Shown piece by piece: positions 57,371-64,000 of a stretch of 64,000 nucleotides of DNA. Position 1 is the stretch's first letter; every line of letters begins with the position of its first letter. The position numbers were made by a program, and so were the translations under genes. Location: assembly GCA_965223545.1 (NCBI GenBank), contig OZ245006.1, positions 2,560,001 to 2,624,000 on the forward strand. The letters are read 5' to 3'. The notes under the pieces were generated by a model. It did no database searches. It was not told the DNA's origin and saw only the letters and a list, made by a program, of their open reading frames with translations. The stretch is from Planctomycetota bacterium (lineage in GTDB: Bacteria > Planctomycetota > UBA1135 > UBA2386).

Positions 57371-58192
57371 ATGACCGACGACCAATCTCCGGGCTACGTG
57401 CACGGCTTCACGCCCGAGGAGCAGGACCGACTGTACCGCCAGGCGCGCAAGCTCGAGTTCGAGATCCACGACCGACTGCCGTTCCGCCGCGCCCGCCAGC
57501 TATTGGAGATCGGCTGCGGAGTCGGCGCGCAGACCGAGATCCTGCTGCGGCACTTCCCCGACATCCACGTCACCGGCGTCGACCGCAACCCCCAGAGCCT
57601 CGAGCGCGCGGCGCAGCACCTGGCGGACCTGCCCTGGGCGACCGACCGCTACCGGCACGAGCTGGTCGACGCCGAGGGCCTGCCGTTCGAGGCCGCCAAG
57701 TTCGACGCCGCCTTCTTGTGCTGGATCCTCGAGCACACCGGCGACCCCGCGCGCGTGCTGTCCGAGGCGCGCCGCGTGCTGCGCCCCGGCTCGCCGATCG
57801 TCGTCACCGAGGTGCAGAACGCGACCTTCTTCCTCGACCCGTACAGCCCGGCGACGTGGCGCTATTGGATGGCGTTCAACGACTACCAGCTCGAGCTGGG
57901 CGGCGACCCCTTCGTCGGCGCCAAGCTGGGCAACCTGCTGCAGGCGGTCGGCTACCGCGACATCGTCACCGAGGTGCGGACGCTCCACCTCGACAACCGC
58001 CAGCCGGGCGAGCGCGCCGAGCTGATCGCCTCCTGGAGTGAACTCCTGATGAGCGGCGCCGACGGCATGGTCGACGCCGGCCGCATCCCGCGCTCCGACG
58101 TCGACGAAATGCGGCGCGAGCTACAGCGCGTGTCGCGAGACCCCAACGCCGTGTTCTTCTACTCGTTCGTGCAAGCCCGCGCGACGGTCTAG
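57371..58192 (+). CDS. Class I SAM-dependent methyltransferase
   Basis: YVHG, LEIGCGVG, LPFEAAKFD, RRVLRPG. Confidence 0.93.
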   Translation: MTDDQSPGYVHGFTPEEQDRLYRQARKLEFEIHDRLPFRRARQLLEIGCGVGAQTEILLRHFPDIHVTGVDRNPQSLERAAQHLADLPWATDRYRHELVDAEGLPFEAAKFDAAFLCWILEHTGDPARVLSEARRVLRPGSPIVVTEVQNATFFLDPYSPATWRYWMAFNDYQLELGGDPFVGAKLGNLLQAVGYRDIVTEVRTLHLDNRQPGERAELIASWSELLMSGADGMVDAGRIPRSDVDEMRRELQRVSRDPNAVFFYSFVQARATV

Positions 58193-58226
58193 AGTGAACG
58201 TACGGAGCCAGGCTCCCATTCATCAC
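58193..58226 (-). repeat. ~34-bp REP/MITE-like repeat, copy 2 (inverted)
   Basis: Reverse complement TGATGAatGGGAGCCTGGCTCCGTACGTTCACTC. Confidence 0.75.
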
Positions 58227-58248
58227 GTTCGCGCGACCCTCACCGGAA

Positions 58249-58371
58249 TCAGGGCTCGCCGGTGGCGACGGCTTGGATGCCGAACCAAACCGCCGCGAGG
58301 ATGCCGATCAGGATCAACACGAACACGAAGCCCGGGACGCGGACTTCCGGTGACTGCTGTGGGTCGCTCAT
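58249..58371 (-). CDS. 40-aa single-TM small protein
   Basis: MSDPQQSPEVRVPGFVFVLILIGILAAVWFGIQAVATGEP; ATGA overlap with the lptG stop; below the ORF-track cutoff. Confidence 0.65.
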   Translation of the reverse strand: MSDPQQSPEVRVPGFVFVLILIGILAAVWFGIQAVATGEP

Positions 58372-59450
58372 GTGCGCATACTCGAAAACATCACCAGGCC
58401 CAGCGACGAGAACACGATCATCGGCGCCCAGGCCGCGACCACCGGGTGCAAGAACTCACCCCGGCCGAGGTTCTGGAACGCGAGGTCGGCGATCAAGTAG
58501 GCGGCGCAGATGGCGATCGCCAAGATCACGCGGCCCACTTTACTGCCCCGTTCGAAGTGCACCGCGAATGGCAGCGCCAACAGCAGCAGCACGACGTTGG
58601 CCAACGGCCAGGTGAAGTGGTAGTGAAACGATATCTCTAGATCGGTGCGGCCAGGACTCATGCGGCGCAGCGCGACCAGGTCGGAATAGCTCAGCACCGA
58701 GGCCATGTCGGCCTCCTTGCCGACCAGCTCGACCAACGCCGGCGTCGCGCCCTCCAACATGACCTCGGCCTCCGGTGAGCTGAGGTCGCCGACCTCCCGC
58801 TTGCCGTCGACCAGCTCCCACACACCGCGCTCGGGATTCCAGTCCGCCAGCTGCGCGGTGACCACGGTGTGGTCGCCCTGACCGCTGCCGCGATCGAGCA
58901 CCAACACGTCGTGCATGCGCTGCCGCTGCGCGTCGTAGCGCGTGGCAAACAAGCGCTGACCGCGGTTCGCGCTGACCAGCGTCAGCGGCCGCGGCGGCAG
59001 CTCGTCTTCGTTGTCCAGCGTGCTCCCCAGCTGCTGGATCGAGCCGGCGAGGGGCGGCAGCACGAACTCCCACACCGCCGCCATGCTCGCCGCGGACAAG
59101 AGCGCCACGGTCACCGCCGGCCGCAAGATCCGCATCATGCTGCGGCCGGTGAACACCATCGGCCCGATCTCGTTCGAGCCCATCAGCCGCGAAATCGCGA
59201 ACATGCTGGCAATCACGGTGACGAAGGGCGCGACGATGACGAAGACCAGCGGCACCCGCACCAGCTGGAGCTCCAGCCACACCAACAAGAGCTCGAACAT
59301 GCCGAGGTCGTTGCGCTCGGCAGCTTCGCGGTACTTGCTCATACCGAGCAGCAAGTCGTAGACCGCCCACAGCACCATGACGAACAGCAGGGTGGCGCCG
59401 TACGAGCCGAACACCGCGCGCGCCACGTAGCGATCCAGCCGGCCGAACAT
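58368..59450 (-). CDS. lptG: LPS export permease LptG
   Basis: LDRYV, NEIGPMVFTGRSMMRILRP, LSYSDL, HPVVAAWAP. Confidence 0.85.
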   Translation of the reverse strand: MFGRLDRYVARAVFGSYGATLLFVMVLWAVYDLLLGMSKYREAAERNDLGMFELLLVWLELQLVRVPLVFVIVAPFVTVIASMFAISRLMGSNEIGPMVFTGRSMMRILRPAVTVALLSAASMAAVWEFVLPPLAGSIQQLGSTLDNEDELPPRPLTLVSANRGQRLFATRYDAQRQRMHDVLVLDRGSGQGDHTVVTAQLADWNPERGVWELVDGKREVGDLSSPEAEVMLEGATPALVELVGKEADMASVLSYSDLVALRRMSPGRTDLEISFHYHFTWPLANVVLLLLALPFAVHFERGSKVGRVILAIAICAAYLIADLAFQNLGRGEFLHPVVAAWAPMIVFSSLGLVMFSSMRT

Positions 59451-60490
59451 CACACTCTCAGCAAGCGCCAGCAGAAGGGGGCACCGAGCAGACCGATCAC
59501 CATCGCCGGCAGCCAGGCCAACCACGGCTGGTCCCAGCTGCGCACCAACGACGGTGCGATCAACACACAACCGTAGAACAGCACCAACGGCACCATGGCG
59601 AACAGGATCGCCGTCATGCGCCCGCGGTCCCGCGCCAACACACCGATGCAGAAGCCGATCGGCGTCAGCAGAAACGGCATCAGCGCGAAGCACGAGCGCT
59701 GGTGCACGGTGTAGCGCGCGCCACCGGGGTTCTCGTGCACGCCGCGCTCGACCTCGGCCAGCAGCTGGTCGCTGGTGATGTCCTTGTCACCCTCGTTGCG
59801 CCGCTTGCCTTCGTTGAACTCGCGCATCGAGAACGACAGCCCCGACCGCCCCGACAACCGCCCGGTGGCGCCGTGCAGCAGCTCCAGCTTCTCGGTGGCA
59901 AGCGTCATCGTCTCGCCGTCGGCCGACAGATCCAGCCAAGCCTCCTTGGCCGAGATCAGCTGGCCCGGCCGACGGATCAAGACATCGTGCAGGTGGCCGC
60001 GCTCGTCATCGCGCTCCCAAGTGATCACGGTGCGCCCGAAGGCGACCTTGTTGCCCGACATCTGCGTGTTGACCAGGAAGTTGCGGATGATCTCGCTGGT
60101 CACGCGGTACTTGTAGTAGTGGGCCCAGGGGATCATGTAGTGCTGGGCGTAGCTGCCGCCGATCGAGAACAAGAGCCCGATCAGCACGGCGGAGACCATC
60201 GGCACGCGCGGGCTGATGCCGGCGGCGCGGATCGCGGTGATCTCACGGTCCTGGGAAGCGCGGGCGAAGGCCAGTACCGAGGCCATCAACAGCGAGATGG
60301 TCAGCAGGTGCGGGAAGGTGTCGGCGGCGTAGAAGAAGGTGATCGCCGCAGCGGACACGAGGTCCGCGCCCTTGGCCCGGTCGATGCCGCGGTAGACCAT
60401 CGCCACCAGCACGATGCCGAACAGCACCGCGAACGTCAGGAACGCGTTCGCCGCCACTTCCTTGAGGTAGTATCGGTGCAGCTTCCACAT
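59450..60490 (-). CDS. lptF: LPS export permease LptF
   Basis: KLHRYYLKE, DREITAIRAAGIS, AWLP; TGATG overlap with lptG. Confidence 0.85.
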   Translation of the reverse strand: MWKLHRYYLKEVAANAFLTFAVLFGIVLVAMVYRGIDRAKGADLVSAAAITFFYAADTFPHLLTISLLMASVLAFARASQDREITAIRAAGISPRVPMVSAVLIGLLFSIGGSYAQHYMIPWAHYYKYRVTSEIIRNFLVNTQMSGNKVAFGRTVITWERDDERGHLHDVLIRRPGQLISAKEAWLDLSADGETMTLATEKLELLHGATGRLSGRSGLSFSMREFNEGKRRNEGDKDITSDQLLAEVERGVHENPGGARYTVHQRSCFALMPFLLTPIGFCIGVLARDRGRMTAILFAMVPLVLFYGCVLIAPSLVRSWDQPWLAWLPAMVIGLLGAPFCWRLLRV

Positions 60491-60503
60491 CGTGGACGGC
60501 CGG

Positions 60504-62048
60504 ATGATTGACCAGGCGATGGCGCAGAGCAACGGTGTAGTCGAGAACGGCGCCGACCCGACCGCGGTCGTCGAGGTTCGCGGCGCGCAGTTCGCCGCTC
60601 TGGTGGCCGGCGCGCACGCCGACCGCGTCGCGCCGCTGCTGCGCGCCGGCGATCCCGCCGACTGGCCGGTCGACGCCGAGGTCAAGCGCTCGAACGTCCG
60701 CCGGGTCGTCACCAGCCGACTGCCCGCCACCGGCGACGATGGCGAGACCGCAGTACATCTCAAGCTCTACCGCGCGGTGCGGCTGTCCGACCGCGCCCGG
60801 GACGCGATCGCCGGCGGCCGCGCGGTGCGCGAGCTGCGCAATCTCCTGGCGGCGCGCGGCCGCGGACTGCCGTGCGTCGAGCCCATCGCCGCCGGCACCT
60901 ACTGGGGTAGCTTCGGCGCCCGCAGCTTCTTGCTCACCCGCAGCGAGCCTGGCGCGCCGTTGGCGCGCGGCCCCCTCGCCCCCGACGTCGCGCAGCGCGC
61001 CGGTCAGCTGCTGCGCCGCGCCCACGACGCCGGCCTGCACGCCCGCGACCTCCACCCGGAGAACATGCTGCAGCGACCCGATGGCAGCCTGTTGTTGCTC
61101 GACCTGACCAGCGCCGCGCTGGCCAACCCGCTCGAGCACGCCGAGCGCGCGCGCGCGCTCGCGTTCTTCGCCGCCGGGCTCGACGGCGGCATGACGGATC
61201 CGCTCGCAGAGCCATTGGCCGAGGGCTACGGCGCCTCGGACTCCCTGTGCGCCCTCGCGGCCCGCGCCGGCCGCCGCCTGCGCCACCGCGGGTTGTCGGC
61301 CTTCGGCCGCCGCGCGCAACGCCCTTGCCGCGACACCGAGGTCCAACGCAGTCGCACCGAGCAGTGGTTCTGGCACCGGCCGGCAGCCGGCCTGCGCGCC
61401 GCCGCGCGCGCGCTGCTGGACGCGCCACCCCCCGCGGTCAAACGCGGCCGACGCGGCAGCGTGCACCTCGGCGACGCGCTGGTGCTCAAGGAACGCACGG
61501 CCGCGGCAGCACGACGTCTGTTCCGCGCGGCGTACTGGCTGCGCTATGCCGGCGTGCCCCACGCGACCCCCGTCGTCCTGCACGTCGCCCGCGGCCGCGG
61601 CCGCGTGGTGAGCGAGCGCCTGCCGTGGCCCACCCTGGCGGACGAGCTCGAACGCGGGCTCTCGGCGGCCGACGTCGTCCGCGCCGCCGCCGCACTCGGC
61701 GACGCGATCGGTCGCCTGCACGGCCACGGGCTGCGCAACCGCGATCTCAAGCTCGACAACCTGGTGCGCGATCCGCACACGAGCCACGTCCTGCAGATCG
61801 ATCTCGACGGTGTGCGCCGCAAGGCGCCGATCGACACGCGCGGCCAGGCCGCCGATCTCGGGCGGTTGCTGGCGGCATTCCGCGCCGCCGGGGCGCCCGG
61901 CGGGATGCGCGCCCTGGCGGCGTTCGAGCGGCGCTATACTCGGGCGCGCTCGTGTCTGCTTCACCCGGCGAAACGCAAGCTTCTCCGACGGCTTACCGCG
62001 GCGCGCGCGCGCGCGTGGGCAAGCGCCCATCCGATCATGGACGCGTAG
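60504..62048 (+). CDS. Tandem-domain LPS kinase (Kdo/WaaP/InaA family)
   Basis: Two catalytic sets: HARDLHPEN..LLDL and NRDLKLDN..IDLD. Start uncertain (60504 or 60519). Confidence 0.8.
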   Translation: MIDQAMAQSNGVVENGADPTAVVEVRGAQFAALVAGAHADRVAPLLRAGDPADWPVDAEVKRSNVRRVVTSRLPATGDDGETAVHLKLYRAVRLSDRARDAIAGGRAVRELRNLLAARGRGLPCVEPIAAGTYWGSFGARSFLLTRSEPGAPLARGPLAPDVAQRAGQLLRRAHDAGLHARDLHPENMLQRPDGSLLLLDLTSAALANPLEHAERARALAFFAAGLDGGMTDPLAEPLAEGYGASDSLCALAARAGRRLRHRGLSAFGRRAQRPCRDTEVQRSRTEQWFWHRPAAGLRAAARALLDAPPPAVKRGRRGSVHLGDALVLKERTAAAARRLFRAAYWLRYAGVPHATPVVLHVARGRGRVVSERLPWPTLADELERGLSAADVVRAAAALGDAIGRLHGHGLRNRDLKLDNLVRDPHTSHVLQIDLDGVRRKAPIDTRGQAADLGRLLAAFRAAGAPGGMRALAAFERRYTRARSCLLHPAKRKLLRRLTAARARAWASAHPIMDA

Positions 62049-62995
62049 GGATTCGCTGGCAGCGCCGGCTGCGCAATTTCCGGCGACGCGTGTACGGATT
62101 CGCCGCGCGCGGGCTGCTGGCAGTCCTGGTGCGGCTACCCTACGGCGCACTGCGACCGACGCTGTCGGCCCTCACCCAACCGATCCTCTGGTGGTCGTTC
62201 CGCGCCAAGATCGACCGCCACCTGCAGTTGGCCCTGCCCGAGCTGAGCAACGGCGAACGCAAGGCGACCGCGGGCGCCGTGGTCCGCAACACGGCGCTGG
62301 TCGCGCCCGAGTGCTTGGGCTTCGCGGCCCAGGGTCCGCTTTTCCTGCGGAAACGATGCGACGATGCCGCCGCTCGGGAAATGCTCGAGGGCTTTCGCCG
62401 CGAATGGGACGGCGGCTGGATCGGCGTCACCGGTCACCTCGGCAACTGGGAGCTGATGGGCCAGTGGCTCGCCTGCCATCCCGACCTCGACTACGCGGGC
62501 AGCGTCGCCCGCCGCACCTCCAATCCGCACCTCGCGCGGGTCGTCGACGACGTCCGCGGCCGCCACGGCATGCGCACGCTATACCGCGAGGACAGCTCCT
62601 CGCAGCTGGTGCGCCAGCTGCGCGCGGGCAAGGTGGTCGGCATGGTCCCCGATCAGGACGTCGCCGCGATCGGCGGCGTCTTCATCGACGTCTTCGGCCG
62701 CCCAGCCTATACGCCGGTCGGTCCGGCGCGGCTTTCCCTGGCCGCCGGCGTGCCGATCGTGGTCGGCGCCATGCTGCGGAGGGACAATGGCTTCGAGGTC
62801 GTGGTCAGCGCGCCGATCCATCCCGACCGCCGCGCGCCGCGCAACCAGGAGATCCTGCGCCTGACGCGGGCTTGGAGCGCCGACATCGAGGCGATCATCC
62901 GCTCCGAGCCGGCGCAGTGGGCCTGGTTCCACGACCGTTGGCGCACGACACCGGCGCGGCTCGAGGCTCGGCAACGCCAGCGGCTCGAGCTCTAG
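62015..62995 (+). CDS. Lipid A acyltransferase (LpxL/HtrB family)
   Basis: GHLGNWE, VPDQD, FGRPAYTP, PAQWAWFHDRWR; GTG start inferred. Confidence 0.9.
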   Translation: MGKRPSDHGRVGIRWQRRLRNFRRRVYGFAARGLLAVLVRLPYGALRPTLSALTQPILWWSFRAKIDRHLQLALPELSNGERKATAGAVVRNTALVAPECLGFAAQGPLFLRKRCDDAAAREMLEGFRREWDGGWIGVTGHLGNWELMGQWLACHPDLDYAGSVARRTSNPHLARVVDDVRGRHGMRTLYREDSSSQLVRQLRAGKVVGMVPDQDVAAIGGVFIDVFGRPAYTPVGPARLSLAAGVPIVVGAMLRRDNGFEVVVSAPIHPDRRAPRNQEILRLTRAWSADIEAIIRSEPAQWAWFHDRWRTTPARLEARQRQRLEL

Positions 62996-63004
62996 TGGTG
63001 TGAA

Positions 63005-64000
63005 TCAACGCGCGTCGAGCGCGGCCCGCAGCGGCTGCAACCGCGGTCCCCAATCCGCGAGACCGTGCTCCTCCAAGTGCGCCAACTCGTCGGCGGCCAG
63101 CGATCGCTCGCCGCGCTCCAGCAGCGCCTTGATGCGGCCCACCTGGTCCTCCAACCATGCCTCCGCCTCGACCAGGAGCTGCGCGCGCAGCGCGCGCACG
63201 GGCTGCCGCTCCGCTTCCGTGGCGGCGGTGTAGCCGTCGAGCTCGGCCAACGCAGCAGCGTACCGCCTGCGCTTGAGCCGCACGGCGTGGCGCGCGCGAA
63301 ACAGCACGTCGTCGACCCGATCGGGCTCGCCAAGGCGCGCCACCGTCGCGTGGCGCGCGCGCAGCGCGCGCACTTCGGTGAGCTCCGCCTCGCCGCCGGC
63401 GACGCGCTCGCACACCGCTGCGTGGCGCGCCAACCAGCGATCGATCATGCGCACCAGCTCGCGCGCCGGCTCCCGCGCCGCCGCACCCTCGCGCGCCGCG
63501 TAGGCCCGCTCGAAGTTGCGCAGCGTCTGCAGCTCGTTGCGCGCTGCGGCCAGCGCGACCTCGCCGGACCGCCGGCGGCGCTCGACCTCGACGCGTTCGA
63601 CCAACGCGGTGAGCCGCTGACGCGCAGCGCCCACGGGTGCCATCGCCTCCGCCGCCGCCAGCACGCTCTCCGCGCGCGACACCTCGCCGCCGGCGACGAA
63701 CCGCTCGGCGGAATCGAGCAGGCCGTCGACGGTGGTCCGCCCCTGCGCCACCTGATACCAAACCGCCGCGCCGCCGATCGCGATCGCCACCATCGTGCTG
63801 ACCCAGAGCCCGGAGCGACCGCGCCGCGGTCGTGGCGCGGAAGCGCGGTGCCGCGACCGCACCGGCGCGCGCAAGCCGAGATCGGACGCGATCGAATCGG
63901 CCGCCGACGACAGGTCGGCCGCGGTCGCGGACTCCGCTGCCGCCTCGAACACGATGCGCACCTCACCCACTTCGAGGACGTCGCCATCGGCGAGCTTGTG
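63005..64000 (-). CDS. FHA-domain membrane protein, 5' truncated by window edge
   Basis: HKLADGDVLEVGEVRIVF (end of FHA), TM helix, helical C-terminus. Confidence 0.75.
   Translation of the reverse strand, partial: HKLADGDVLEVGEVRIVFEAAAESATAADLSSAADSIASDLGLRAPVRSRHRASAPRPRRGRSGLWVSTMVAIAIGGAAVWYQVAQGRTTVDGLLDSAERFVAGGEVSRAESVLAAAEAMAPVGAARQRLTALVERVEVERRRRSGEVALAAARNELQTLRNFERAYAAREGAAAREPARELVRMIDRWLARHAAVCERVAGGEAELTEVRALRARHATVARLGEPDRVDDVLFRARHAVRLKRRRYAAALAELDGYTAATEAERQPVRALRAQLLVEAEAWLEDQVGRIKALLERGERSLAADELAHLEEHGLADWGPRLQPLRAALDAR

Noticed and set aside
54781..58041. Long Arg/Pro/Ala-rich alternative ORFs (also 35157-38045, 734-2674, 52647-54920)
   Set aside because: Stop-poor shadow frames typical of high-GC DNA, overlapping better-supported genes.
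1..64000. CRISPR array, cas genes, tRNA or rRNA
   Set aside because: No regularly spaced repeats, Cas motifs or structural RNA genes recognised by eye.

Overview
GC-rich bacterial DNA. The ECF sigma/Ser-Thr kinase modules, Kelch and beta-propeller exoproteins and LPS genes suggest Planctomycetota (inference). The first ~38 kb is accessory and holds three ECF sigma modules: TPR-CHAT protease + ECF + anti-sigma; ECF + kinase-TPR with three secreted proteins; and ECF + secreted propeller + kinase-WD40. Each module has its own two-copy promoter-like motif. The same half contains an internally deleted IS21, an AT-richer pentapeptide membrane gene, a UbiA/GT-C pair, an orphan STAND-like NTPase and a cobalamin riboswitch ahead of a secreted propeller protein. 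The right part has IscS-like, mutS, a decayed HEAT gene around an ISL3, a vWA/GTPase/SrfB-like operon and an LPS cluster (lptG, lptF, tandem kinase, acyltransferase). The best finding is at 19807-20757 (-), which the ORF track splits in two. It reads as one secreted thioredoxin-fold protein with an in-frame Cys-UGA followed by a SECIS-like hairpin, and the motif resembles animal selenoprotein N. All family assignments come from motif recognition; no searches were run.
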